Source of the DNA: Alphaproteobacteria bacterium
GTDB lineage: Bacteria; Pseudomonadota; Alphaproteobacteria; SP197
Assembly (NCBI GenBank): GCA_965228895.1
Contig: OZ245842.1
Span: forward strand, 3,328,001-3,392,000
Direction: 5' to 3'
DNA: 64,000 nucleotides
Of the stretch, positions 36,178 through 45,994 are shown piece after piece; position 1 is the first letter of the stretch; each line of letters starts with the position of its first letter. The notes beneath the pieces were generated by a model that saw only the letters and a program-made list of their open reading frames with translations, ran no database searches and was not told the origin of the DNA. Made by a program: the position numbers and the translations under genes.

Positions 36178-37812
36178 ATGAACAAAACAAGTGTCGCCAA
36201 ACTCGACGACCTCAAAGACCGCAAGCCGACCTATGCCCTGGTCGGCGAAGTCGACCTTGTCGTCGTGCGTTTCGGCGAGGAAGTCTCCGTCTTCTATGGC
36301 CGCTGCCTGCATCGCGGTGCCTTGATGGCCGACGGTTTTGTCAGTGGCGACAACTTGATCTGCGGCGTCCACTACTGGGACTACCGGTTGGACTCCGGCG
36401 TCAGCGAATACGCCAACGACGAGAAGCTGCCGAAGTTCTCTTCGTGGATCGAAGACGGCGAGGTCCTGGTCGATGCCGACGAGATCGCCACCTGGGCGCT
36501 CGACAATCCGCAACCGTTCAACCGCGACGCCTACTTGGGCCTTTATGCCGACACCAGCCACGGCACGCCGGAAGAACCCTATAACGGCCTGATCCAGCAA
36601 TACGCCAAGGACGCGCTGACCAAAACCGGCCACCATGGTCGCGTCGAAGCCATGGGCGTGCCGCGCGACGACCTGCCGACCTGGGACGACATTCAGATCT
36701 TGACGGCGCAGCTCCACAAGGCGCCGCTGCTCGACGACCACGACGTCGGCACCGACGTGGTCATCGGCCCGCGCGCGCAGAAACCGCTGCGCCTGAAGAT
36801 CCCGCTTTTTGTCTCCGACATGAGCTTCGGCGCACTGTCCGAACCCGCCAAGATCGCACTCGCGCGCGGCGCGGAGATGGCGGGAACCGGCATCTGTTCG
36901 GGCGAAGGCGGCATGCTGCCGGAAGAACAGCAGAACAACTCCCGCTACTTCTATGAACTCGCATCAGCGCGCTTCGGTTTCGCCTGGGAGAAGCTGCAGA
37001 ACGTGCAGGCGTTCCACTTCAAAGGCGGCCAGGGTGCGAAGACCGGCACCGGCGGCCACCTGCCCGGCCCCAAGGTCAAGGGCAAGATCGCCGAGGTACG
37101 TGGTCTCGACGAAGGCCAGCCCGCCGTTTCACCGCCGCGTTTCCCGGAGTGGACGGAGCCACACCAGATCCGCGACTTCGCCGATGAGGTGCGCGACCGC
37201 ACCGGCGGCATTCCGATCGGCTACAAGCTCTCGGCCCAGCACATCGAAAAGGATATCGACGCCGCGCTCGAAGTCGGCGTTGACTATATCATCCTGGACG
37301 GGCGCGGCGGCGGCACCGGTGCCGCCCCCATCATCTTCCGCGACAACATCTCGGTGCCGACGATCCCGGCGCTCGCCCGCGCACGCCGTCACCTCGACCG
37401 GTCCGGCCAGAAGGACATCACGCTGGTCATCACCGGCGGTCTGCGCAAGCCAGCGGATTTCGTCAAAGCGCTCGCCATGGGCGCCGACGCCGTTGCGGTC
37501 GCCAACTCAGCCATGCAGGCGATCGGCTGCATCGCCATGCGCGCGTGCCACACCAACAACTGCCCGGTCGGCATCGCAACGCAGAAACCGCATCTGGTGT
37601 CGCGCCTGGTGGTCGAGAAGTCCGCCGTGCAGTTGAAGAACTTCTTCGATGCGTCGGTCGAGCTCATGCAGGTCATGGCGCGCGCCTGCGGCCACGATCA
37701 TCTCTCAGAGTTCACCATCGACGACCTGACCACCTGGAAATCCGACATGGCGGCGCTCTCCGGCGTCGCCTTCGGCGGTGTCGGCCCGGCCGACGACCGC
37801 CATGCGCAATGA
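36178..37812 (+). CDS. Rieske [2Fe-2S] domain fused to FMN-binding glutamate-synthase-family domain
   Basis: CLHRG..CGVHYW; MSFGALS, SGEGG, QGAKTGTGGHLPG, DGRGGGTGAAP; CIAMRACHTNNCP ([3Fe-4S]-type). Confidence 0.9.
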   Translation: MNKTSVAKLDDLKDRKPTYALVGEVDLVVVRFGEEVSVFYGRCLHRGALMADGFVSGDNLICGVHYWDYRLDSGVSEYANDEKLPKFSSWIEDGEVLVDADEIATWALDNPQPFNRDAYLGLYADTSHGTPEEPYNGLIQQYAKDALTKTGHHGRVEAMGVPRDDLPTWDDIQILTAQLHKAPLLDDHDVGTDVVIGPRAQKPLRLKIPLFVSDMSFGALSEPAKIALARGAEMAGTGICSGEGGMLPEEQQNNSRYFYELASARFGFAWEKLQNVQAFHFKGGQGAKTGTGGHLPGPKVKGKIAEVRGLDEGQPAVSPPRFPEWTEPHQIRDFADEVRDRTGGIPIGYKLSAQHIEKDIDAALEVGVDYIILDGRGGGTGAAPIIFRDNISVPTIPALARARRHLDRSGQKDITLVITGGLRKPADFVKALAMGADAVAVANSAMQAIGCIAMRACHTNNCPVGIATQKPHLVSRLVVEKSAVQLKNFFDASVELMQVMARACGHDHLSEFTIDDLTTWKSDMAALSGVAFGGVGPADDRHAQ

Positions 37813-37822
37813 GGGGACGATC

Positions 37823-39799
37823 ATGAACGCCGAAAACCTCGACTGGATTGCCGTCGGCCATGTCGACGATCTGCCGGAAGGCCGAGTCAAGACGGTCACC
37901 GCACGCACCGTCTCGATCTGCCTCTCCCACTTCGACGGCCAGTGGGCCGCCATGGACAACCGCTGCCCGCACCAGGGCGGACCGCTCGGCGAAGGCTCGA
38001 TCGAAAAAGGCGCCGAAGGCCAGTGCTGGATCCGCTGCCCCTGGCACGGCTGGGACTTCGATCCCCTGACCGGCGCACCGCCCGGCGGCCATGAGGACAC
38101 CGGCCAGAAACTCTTCCCCGTCGACATCCGCGACGGCAAGATCTTCGTCGGCATGGAGCCCGAGCCGCCGCATGAACGCACGGCGACCGACGTCATGGCC
38201 GAGACCATGGTCAACTGGGGCGTCAAACGCGTCTTCGGCATGGTCGGCCACTCCAATCTGGGCCTTGCTGACGCCATCCGCCGTCGTGTCATCGACGGCG
38301 ACGTCTCCTATATCGGCATCCGCCACGAAGGCGCCGCTGCCTTCGCGGCTTCCGCCTATGGCAAGTTGACCGGCAAACCTGCCGCGTGCTTGACCATCGC
38401 CGGTCCCGGCGCGACGAACCTGTTGACCGGCCTGTGGGACGCCAAGGTCGATCGCTCGCCGGTGTTGGCGCTGACCGGTCAGGTGCAGACTCAGGTGTTC
38501 GGCCCGGGCGCGTTTCAGGACATCGACCTGCGCTCGGCCTTCGACGCCGTCACCCGTTTCTCGCAGCCGGTGCTCAGCACGTCGAAGCATGCGGAACTGA
38601 TGTCGCTGGCGTGCAAAAACGCCATCGTCGAGCGCGACGTCGCCCACCTGATCTTTCCCGACGACATGCAGACCATGCCCAGCGACGCGCCGGCAGGCGG
38701 GCCGGAAGGGCGGACCGGCGGTTCGGTGGTCGTGCCCGAAGACGCGGATCTTGAGAAAGCCGCGCGGATGATCAACGACGCCAAGCGGCCGGTTATCGTC
38801 ATGGGTCACGGCGCGGTCGCTGCGCGCGATCATGTCATCGCCCTTGCCGAACGCATCGGCGCGCCGGTCATGACCACATTCAAGGGCAAGGGCCTGATCG
38901 CCGACAGCCATCCCAACGCTGCCGGCGTGCTCGGCCGCTCCGGCACGCCGATCGCCAGCTGGTTCATGAATGAGGCCGATCTCTTGATTGCACTCGGTAC
39001 GTCGTTCTCCAACCACACGGGCATCACTGACTACAAACAGATCATCCAGGTCGACTTCGAGCGTATGCAGCTCGGCAAGTTTCACCCGGTAACCCTGCCG
39101 ATCTGGGGCGAGATCGCCGCCTTCTGCGACGCCGTCTCTCCGCGCATCGCCGGCAGCCGCGACGCGATCGACCAGATCGGCGAGCTCGACGAACGTTGGC
39201 GCATTTGGCGCGAGGAAAAGGCGACGCGGCTCGGCGAGAACCGCGGCCAGGGCATCCATTCAGCCGCCCTCTTCAAGACGCTGACGGAACTCTGTCCTGA
39301 TGACGCGATCATCCCGGTCGACGTCGGTAACAATACCTATTCGTTCGGCCGCTACTTCGAAACGAAGGGTCAGCGCGTCCTGATGTCCGGTTATCTCGGC
39401 TCCATCGGTTTCGGCTTTCCCGCCGCCATGGGCGCGTGGGCGGCGACCCAGGACTTCCCCGTGTACGCCGGGCGCAAGGTCATCTCGATCTCCGGCGACG
39501 GCGGGTTTGGCCAGTACGCCATGGAGTTCAACACCGCCGTCAAATACAACATGGACATCACCCACATCCTTTTGAACAACGCCGAGCTAGGCAAGATCTC
39601 GAAAGAGCAGCGCGCCGGTGAGTGGGAAGTCTGGGAAACCAACCTGCACAACCCGCCGTTCTCGACCTATGCCCGTCTGTGCGGCGGTCATGGCGTCAAG
39701 GTCAGCAAAACCGAAGACCTTCATGACGCCATTGCCGAGGCCATCGCCCACGAGGGCCCCGCGCTGGTCGAGGTCATGACCGACGCGGAACTTGTCTAA
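37823..39799 (+). CDS. Rieske [2Fe-2S] domain fused to ThDP-dependent pyruvate-oxidase/ALS-like enzyme
   Basis: CPHQG..CPWHGW; RHEGAAAF, GPGATN and GDGGF..NN ThDP motifs. Confidence 0.9.
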   Translation: MNAENLDWIAVGHVDDLPEGRVKTVTARTVSICLSHFDGQWAAMDNRCPHQGGPLGEGSIEKGAEGQCWIRCPWHGWDFDPLTGAPPGGHEDTGQKLFPVDIRDGKIFVGMEPEPPHERTATDVMAETMVNWGVKRVFGMVGHSNLGLADAIRRRVIDGDVSYIGIRHEGAAAFAASAYGKLTGKPAACLTIAGPGATNLLTGLWDAKVDRSPVLALTGQVQTQVFGPGAFQDIDLRSAFDAVTRFSQPVLSTSKHAELMSLACKNAIVERDVAHLIFPDDMQTMPSDAPAGGPEGRTGGSVVVPEDADLEKAARMINDAKRPVIVMGHGAVAARDHVIALAERIGAPVMTTFKGKGLIADSHPNAAGVLGRSGTPIASWFMNEADLLIALGTSFSNHTGITDYKQIIQVDFERMQLGKFHPVTLPIWGEIAAFCDAVSPRIAGSRDAIDQIGELDERWRIWREEKATRLGENRGQGIHSAALFKTLTELCPDDAIIPVDVGNNTYSFGRYFETKGQRVLMSGYLGSIGFGFPAAMGAWAATQDFPVYAGRKVISISGDGGFGQYAMEFNTAVKYNMDITHILLNNAELGKISKEQRAGEWEVWETNLHNPPFSTYARLCGGHGVKVSKTEDLHDAIAEAIAHEGPALVEVMTDAELV

Positions 39800-39833
39800 G
39801 GCGCGGCGATCCGACACCTAGAAGGAGACCACC

Positions 39834-40685
39834 ATGGCTGATACCAGCCCGCTTACCTCATGCCCGCCCGATGCCTTGGTCGACACGCGTCACATGACCC
39901 ATCAGGCGATGCAACTGCTCAGCAAGGCGGCGCTTGCCAACCTGGAACCGGTCGACGATTACAGCCACACCAACATGGGTTGGGATATCAAGCACGGCGC
40001 GTTTTTGACGCAACCGATCACGACAGCCGGCGGCGACCTCTATGTCGGTCTGGTCTTCGCCAGTTTGACGCTTACGATCGTGCGCGGCGGCGCCATCACC
40101 GCGCAGCTTGATCTGAACGGCATCTCCGACAACGCGGCCGGTCAGTGGCTCGATGCCCAGCTTGCCGAAACCGGCCTCAAACCGGCATCGGCCATGACGC
40201 TCTTCTATGACCTGCCGGCCGAGGTTACCGGCATCACCACCTATTCAAGTGCGGGGCTTGGACCCTGCCTCGTCACCCTCGGACACTGGTTCGCCTTTGC
40301 CGACGGGCTGCTCTCCACGTTCGCCAACGCCAACGCCGCTCTCAATCCAGGACCCAGCCCGGTGCGCTGCTGGCCCCATCATTTCGATATCGCGACTTAT
40401 GTCAGTCTCGAGGAAGGCGACTTCGAAACCGCCAAGGGTATCGGCGTCGGCCTGTCACCCGGCGACGGCAGTTACGCGCAGCCCTATTTCTATGTCACGC
40501 CCTTCCCCGCGCCCGACCTCGCCGCCCTGCCGCCTGCGCCGGCCCCCGGCCACTGGCACAGCGAAGGCTTCGTCGGCGCCATCGCGACCGGCGAAGAACT
40601 CCTCACCCTCGACGACATTGCGTCCGGCGCCGCCGCCTTCGTCGACCAGGCGTTCGCCATCGGCCGTGAGAAACTTGGGGTCTAG
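39834..40685 (+). CDS. DUF5996-like protein
   Basis: PVRCWPHHFDIA and GLSPGD..QPYFYVTPFP motifs. Confidence 0.7.
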   Translation: MADTSPLTSCPPDALVDTRHMTHQAMQLLSKAALANLEPVDDYSHTNMGWDIKHGAFLTQPITTAGGDLYVGLVFASLTLTIVRGGAITAQLDLNGISDNAAGQWLDAQLAETGLKPASAMTLFYDLPAEVTGITTYSSAGLGPCLVTLGHWFAFADGLLSTFANANAALNPGPSPVRCWPHHFDIATYVSLEEGDFETAKGIGVGLSPGDGSYAQPYFYVTPFPAPDLAALPPAPAPGHWHSEGFVGAIATGEELLTLDDIASGAAAFVDQAFAIGREKLGV

Positions 40686-40690
40686 ATCCG

Positions 40691-41374
40691 ATGGCCGCCG
40701 CGCTCACCATCGCCGTCATCTTCATGGTCTCGTTCACCGTCGTGCGGATCGCCGCCGTTGCCATGCGGCTGACTGGCCTGCCGGAAACGGTCGCACGCCT
40801 GCAGTGTCTCTCGGCGCTGACCGGCACCGGTTTCACGACCAGCGAGTCGGAGATGATCGTCAACTATCCGGTCCGCCGGCGCATTCTCGGCCTGCTCATG
40901 GTCACCGGCAATCTGGGGCTGGCCTCGGTCGCCGCGACCCTCATCGTCTCGCTGGTCGACACGGAACCGCGCGCCGGCGCCATCGCCTGGCAGGCCGCAA
41001 TGATGGCGATCGCCGTCGCCATCGTCGTCACGGTCATGTCGCGCGCCATCGTCGACCGCGCCATGTGCGGGCTGATCGGTAAGATCCTGTTGCGCACGAC
41101 GACGCTCGGCAAACGCCACTATCACCGTGTGTTGCAGGTCGATACCGGCTACAGCGTCACCGAGCACCAGTATCGCGGCGCGCGGACGCTATCGCTCACA
41201 GACCTGCCCGCCCCGTTTCACGACCTGCAGCTTCTGGCGAAACGTGGAGAACGTGAACACCTCGGCGAAGACATCGCCGATGACGCCATGATCATGCCTG
41301 GCGATATCCTGGTTTGTTACGGTCACGATGATGTTCATGAACGCTTCGCCGAAGAATTTTTCAATCCGTCATAG
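40691..41374 (+). CDS. Membrane protein with K+-channel-like segment and RCK_C/TrkA-C-like tail
   Basis: ARLQCLSALTGTGFTTSESE..NYPVRRRI; C-terminal I.PGDILVCYG. Confidence 0.72.
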   Translation: MAAALTIAVIFMVSFTVVRIAAVAMRLTGLPETVARLQCLSALTGTGFTTSESEMIVNYPVRRRILGLLMVTGNLGLASVAATLIVSLVDTEPRAGAIAWQAAMMAIAVAIVVTVMSRAIVDRAMCGLIGKILLRTTTLGKRHYHRVLQVDTGYSVTEHQYRGARTLSLTDLPAPFHDLQLLAKRGEREHLGEDIADDAMIMPGDILVCYGHDDVHERFAEEFFNPS

Positions 41375-41476
41375 TCGTTCGCGAGGTGCGCGTCGTATGA
41401 CGATTCCGTAGCCCAATCGCCCTATCGTGGTATAAAAAACCTGACCACAACCAAAAACGTTGAAGGCGGGGACGGT

Positions 41477-42052
41477 ATGACCCACGACGCGGGCGCGTCA
41501 TCGACAGGGGCTGACTTCTGGCAACCCTATCTCGAAGCGGACGAGCGGCTACTTTGGCAAGGCCGGCCTGCTGGCGGCGTCCGTCTGGACGAGCGGCTTC
41601 GGCGCCGGCTGTTTTTCGGCATCCTGTTCATCGGCATCTTTGTCTACCTGATCTTCGGCGAACAAATCACCGGCGCGCCCTCGCCCAGCAGCTTTCCGCC
41701 AGGCGCCGGCATCGCCGTAATCGTTCTCGGCATCCTGTGGCTCGCCGTACCGGTCATCTCGGACGCCGTCACGCGCGCGCGCACCCGTTATGCGCTCACC
41801 AACAAACGCGCGCTGATCGCCCGGGGCGGTTCGGGCCACCGCATCAAGAGCTACGCCATCGACAGCCGCACCGAGATCGACTACCGGCCCAGCAACCTCG
41901 CCGCCATAAACTTCGCCCAACGCCGCGAGAGCGTGATGGAGACAAGTGGTACGACACAGGGGCGTGGCTTCGTCGGCGTCGGCTTTCGTTACCTGACCGA
42001 CGGCGAAAAGGTCTATGACCTCATGACCAAGGTCCAGCGCGGCGAGGTATAG
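41477..42052 (+). CDS. Membrane protein with PH-like C-terminal domain
   Basis: ERLLWQGRP, 2 TM helices, RYALTNKRALI. Confidence 0.7.
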   Translation: MTHDAGASSTGADFWQPYLEADERLLWQGRPAGGVRLDERLRRRLFFGILFIGIFVYLIFGEQITGAPSPSSFPPGAGIAVIVLGILWLAVPVISDAVTRARTRYALTNKRALIARGGSGHRIKSYAIDSRTEIDYRPSNLAAINFAQRRESVMETSGTTQGRGFVGVGFRYLTDGEKVYDLMTKVQRGEV

Positions 42053-42074
42053 GCCGCACCACCCTAGCGTGGCG

Positions 42075-43175
42075 TTAGTCGGGCGGGATCAAGACCAGCT
42101 TGCCGGTGTGTTTCTTCTCCAGGAAGTCGCGTTGCGCCTCGACGATGTCTTGAAGCGGGTAGGTCTTGGCAACGACCGGGCGAATCTCGCCACGTTCGAT
42201 GTAACCGACCAGGTTTTCGAACACTATATCGTCCTGGAACGTGCAGCCGAAGAAGCTGAGGTCCTTGAGATAAAGCGTCCGCACATCAAGTTCGACGATA
42301 GGACCCGCGATGGCGCCCGCTGTCGTATAGCGCCCGCCGCGGCGCAGAACGTCCAACAGGCTTGGCCAGTCGCTGCCGGCGACCAGGTCGACCACCACGT
42401 CGACGGACTCACGCCCCAGCGCCTCGACCAGATTCGATCCGCGTTCGATGATGTGATCGGCGCCCAACGCCCTGACCTCATCGGCCTTGGCGCCGCCGCA
42501 CACCGCCCAAACCTCGGCACCGCGGCGTTTGCACAATTGCACCGCTGCCGATCCGACACCACCGGACGCACCGGTGATCAGTACCTGCTCGCTGCCCACG
42601 TCGGCGCGGTGCAGCATGCCTTCGGCGGTTGAATAGGCACAAGGGACCGACGCGAGCTCGGCATCCGACCAATCGCAGTCAACCCGGTGGGACTCACGTG
42701 ACGGCGCCACCGCGAACTGCGCGAAACCGCCATCACATTCCGAACCGAAGGTCCAGCATTCGAACGGGCGATAACCGACGGGCGTGCGCAGCATGTTGCG
42801 GACAATCACCCGCTCACCCAAGCGTGCCTTATCAACGCCGTTGCCGACGGCAACAACAACGCCGCAGCAATCAGCGCCCTGGATGCGCGGAAAATGCAAC
42901 GGTGTACCCGACCAACTGCCGTCATCGTCCGACGCGGTTGCGAATCCCTCTTCACCGCCGACGTTCGTATCCGACGTCACCGCCTTGGAATACCAGGCGG
43001 TCCGCGTGTTGATGTCGGTGTTGTTGATGCCGGCCGCGCGCACCTGAATCAGGACCTCGCCCTCGCCGGGTTTCGGCACCGGCACATCGGTGCGGTAGCT
43101 CAGCTTGTCGAACCCGCCATGCCCGGTCAGCAGGACGGCCGCCATGGTGTCGGGGAGTTTCGGCTGTCCGGTCAT
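42075..43175 (-). CDS. MDR/Zn-alcohol dehydrogenase family oxidoreductase
   Basis: AAGINNTD, PRIQGAD, ITGASGGVG and GKLVL motifs. Confidence 0.9.
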   Translation of the reverse strand: MTGQPKLPDTMAAVLLTGHGGFDKLSYRTDVPVPKPGEGEVLIQVRAAGINNTDINTRTAWYSKAVTSDTNVGGEEGFATASDDDGSWSGTPLHFPRIQGADCCGVVVAVGNGVDKARLGERVIVRNMLRTPVGYRPFECWTFGSECDGGFAQFAVAPSRESHRVDCDWSDAELASVPCAYSTAEGMLHRADVGSEQVLITGASGGVGSAAVQLCKRRGAEVWAVCGGAKADEVRALGADHIIERGSNLVEALGRESVDVVVDLVAGSDWPSLLDVLRRGGRYTTAGAIAGPIVELDVRTLYLKDLSFFGCTFQDDIVFENLVGYIERGEIRPVVAKTYPLQDIVEAQRDFLEKKHTGKLVLIPPD

Positions 43176-43183
43176 GATCGCTC

Positions 43184-45484
43184 CTATTCGTCGCCCCAAC
43201 CCAGGACGTTGCGCATGATGCTCCATCGTGGTGTGGAGGCGGCATCGGCTTTGCCGTCGATCCAGTGGTCGACCATACGGTCGTGAAAGCCATCGGTCCG
43301 CTGTAAACGCATCCAATAGTTTAGGAACTGGGTTAGCTGGTCGGCGTTTCCAGGCAGCAGATAGGCGATCAGAAACGGGCTGCCCAGATTGTTCGGTACC
43401 ACGGCCGTGTAGTCGGTCCGCCGCGATGTCCACGCCTTCGCCTGCTCCAATGTCCAGATCGCCGCGTCGACATCGGGATGGTCAGGCAGTTCATCATAGC
43501 TCTTCACCACCTTGACATCGGCGTTGGGCATCAGACGTTTGACCAGCGGCACCAGGACGGGATCGTCGAAGGCGCCGATGACAAGGTCCTGCTGCGCAAG
43601 AATGGCGTCGCGGGAGAGGAAACTGTTGACTTCGTCGGCCCGTACGATCAGCGCCAGGGGACTCTGAAGATAAGGTTCGGAGATGGAGAGATGCTGCAGT
43701 CGGCTATCCGTGACGTAGATGCCCGACACCGCCATATCGAAGCGACCGTCCGCCAAGTCGTCGGCCAGACTCTGCCATTCGAACGGGATCAGCCGCAGTT
43801 TGACGTTCAGGTCCTGTGCGAGTTTGTAGACATAGGCAATGTCGTATCCAACCAACTCACCTCGCTCGTTCGTGTAGCTGAACGGAATCACATTGGGGTT
43901 GTAGCCAACCCTGATCTCGCTGGTGCTCTGAATTCGGGCAAGCGCGCCCATGGTGGAATCGGCCACCGTGTCGGCCGCGCTGCCAGCCGCCGTGTCGGCC
44001 GCGCTGTCGACCTCCGCATCGCCCCCTGTATCGGCCGTGGTGTCGGTCCCCGCTTGTGATGTCGTAGCTGCCGCGTCGGTCTGGCTTGCATCACTGGGTT
44101 TTTCGATCACCACCGTCACATGTTCGGTCAACTCTGGCGCAAGCTGAAAGGCCAGATAGGACGGCGTCTCCTCATCGACCACCGCGTCCTGGATGAACCG
44201 CCCCGCCGTGGTGATAATGGCGATAGCGGCAATGCTGACGCCCAGCGACCACATCAGACGCGACACGCGCAATTTGAGGTGACCGTAATAGTGCAAGGTG
44301 ACCAAAAAGGTAACGAAGGTGAACCCCATCACCGACGCGACCACCTGTCCATAACGGGTGATGGTCATCATACCGACATAGAGTCCCGTGGCATCGGCGG
44401 GGAACTGCAGCCAACTGACCAGGAAGTCCACCGCGTCAATTGACGAGCTGGGCGAACCAATTCCCGACAACAGGCTGACGAAGGGCAGCGACAGCTCCTG
44501 ACTGTCACTCAACGGAACGCGGTAGTAATAGGCGCCGAACAGAACGAACAGCCAGATGAAGAAGTTGCCGAGTTGCGCCAGCGGATAGCTCACCGCCAGC
44601 GTGGTCTTGATGATCTCGCCGCGGTTCTCATCCTTGATGCCCTGTTGCTCGGCGAGCTTTTCGGCCGCCTGCTGGATGAAAGGCAGTGCCGCCACCGATA
44701 GGCTGGTGACCACGGCGATAACCAAGCCATTCTGGACGTCGCGGATAACCTCGCGCGTGGTGACCGGACAGACTGCTGAGATCAGCGACGGCAGGATCCA
44801 AAAGGCCAAGATCACCGTGCCCGCGATCATCACGAGCAGATAAAGCGAGAGATCCGCCAGGTCGGTCGGGTCCAGCGTGCCGGCGGTCTTGGCGAACAGT
44901 GCACAGACGCCGAACGGCGCAAGCAGAACGACCCAGCGCCAAATTGTCACGCTCGCGCCGCGGATCAGATCCAACACATCGAGAAACGTTTCCTTGTTGT
45001 CGATCCGTTGGATGGCGATGCCATAGACAATCGAGAAAACTACGACGGCCGGAACGTAGTTGCGCGCCAGCGCCAGGAACGGGTTGGACGGGATCAGATG
45101 ATCCAGCAGTCCGGGGCCTTCCTGCGGCGCGTTGGCGTTGATGAAGCTGGGCGGCGGCACCTCTGGAATCGCGATCGACAGCAGGAAGATGATCAGGAAC
45201 GTCGTGCCCCAGACGACCAGGTAGACGAGCCAGCTGCAACGGAAGAGCCGCCACGCCGTGTCTGGCGAAAGCCGCCCCAGGCCATGCAGCAGCGAGCAGA
45301 TGATGTAGGGGAAAACCACCACCTCCATCAGCTTCACATACGTCTGGCCGACGGGTTGCAGCACCTTCGCCTGGTCGCCGAAAAACAGCCCGATCGCAAC
45401 GCCGGCAAGGGCGCCGATCAGGACCCAAAGCGGCAGCCTGCGGGCATAAGAAGATGTTTCTGACGTCACGCTCGCCTCATCCAA
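43184..45484 (-). CDS. DAACS (dicarboxylate/amino acid:cation) symporter fused to a C-terminal family-3 solute-binding domain
   Basis: N-terminal DAACS helices (IPSNPF..LAPFGV); Ala/Thr/Asp linker; RIQSTSEIRVGY..PFSY..GYDI..FDMAVSG. Confidence 0.85.
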   Translation of the reverse strand: MDEASVTSETSSYARRLPLWVLIGALAGVAIGLFFGDQAKVLQPVGQTYVKLMEVVVFPYIICSLLHGLGRLSPDTAWRLFRCSWLVYLVVWGTTFLIIFLLSIAIPEVPPPSFINANAPQEGPGLLDHLIPSNPFLALARNYVPAVVVFSIVYGIAIQRIDNKETFLDVLDLIRGASVTIWRWVVLLAPFGVCALFAKTAGTLDPTDLADLSLYLLVMIAGTVILAFWILPSLISAVCPVTTREVIRDVQNGLVIAVVTSLSVAALPFIQQAAEKLAEQQGIKDENRGEIIKTTLAVSYPLAQLGNFFIWLFVLFGAYYYRVPLSDSQELSLPFVSLLSGIGSPSSSIDAVDFLVSWLQFPADATGLYVGMMTITRYGQVVASVMGFTFVTFLVTLHYYGHLKLRVSRLMWSLGVSIAAIAIITTAGRFIQDAVVDEETPSYLAFQLAPELTEHVTVVIEKPSDASQTDAAATTSQAGTDTTADTGGDAEVDSAADTAAGSAADTVADSTMGALARIQSTSEIRVGYNPNVIPFSYTNERGELVGYDIAYVYKLAQDLNVKLRLIPFEWQSLADDLADGRFDMAVSGIYVTDSRLQHLSISEPYLQSPLALIVRADEVNSFLSRDAILAQQDLVIGAFDDPVLVPLVKRLMPNADVKVVKSYDELPDHPDVDAAIWTLEQAKAWTSRRTDYTAVVPNNLGSPFLIAYLLPGNADQLTQFLNYWMRLQRTDGFHDRMVDHWIDGKADAASTPRWSIMRNVLGWGDE

Positions 45485-45552
45485 CGCCGCCAGAGACTAA
45501 CGAGCGGCCTTGGTCCCGTCGAGCATCTGGGACCTCCATCTGGCGCGCTCGC

Positions 45553-45888
45553 CTAGATCATCGGTACGTAGTCGTACTCACCAATGCCCTGCAGAACCAG
45601 AAATGTTGTTGACGTCTCCAGTCCGTTGGTCACCAGATGCGGTCGCTTAGCCACGACGGTATAGGTCTCACCGGGTTCCAGATCGACTGCCTCCTTGGGG
45701 TTCTGGAGATAAATCCGCAGCAGCCCCTCCAGCACATAGAACGTGTCGGCGATGTTGTTGTGGTAATGCCACGGCACCGACTGGGTCGACGAAATCTGGT
45801 GCTCGGTGATATGAAAACCCGGACGCTCGGCGTGCATTACGGTGCGCTCGACCTCATAGAGGTGACTGGCGTCTTTCAGCGGTTCCAT
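45553..45888 (-). CDS. Cupin domain protein
   Basis: PWHYH..DTFYVLEG..RPH. Confidence 0.85.
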   Translation of the reverse strand: MEPLKDASHLYEVERTVMHAERPGFHITEHQISSTQSVPWHYHNNIADTFYVLEGLLRIYLQNPKEAVDLEPGETYTVVAKRPHLVTNGLETSTTFLVLQGIGEYDYVPMI

Positions 45889-45994
45889 GGCGGGCCCCTG
45901 TCGCTATGATGCCGGCACCATCATAGATCGTTCGGCGAGCATGCGTGTAGAATTTCGACCCCTCGCAGCCGCCATATTCCGCAGGTTTTCGCCC

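Noticed and set aside
36178-37812. Canonical gltB glutamate synthase
   Set aside because: Lacks the amidotransferase and central domains, and no gltD is adjacent.
43966-44006. 17-bp direct repeat CCGTGTCGGCCGCGCTG with 24-bp period
   Set aside because: In-frame duplication encoding the low-complexity linker of the DAACS-SBP fusion.
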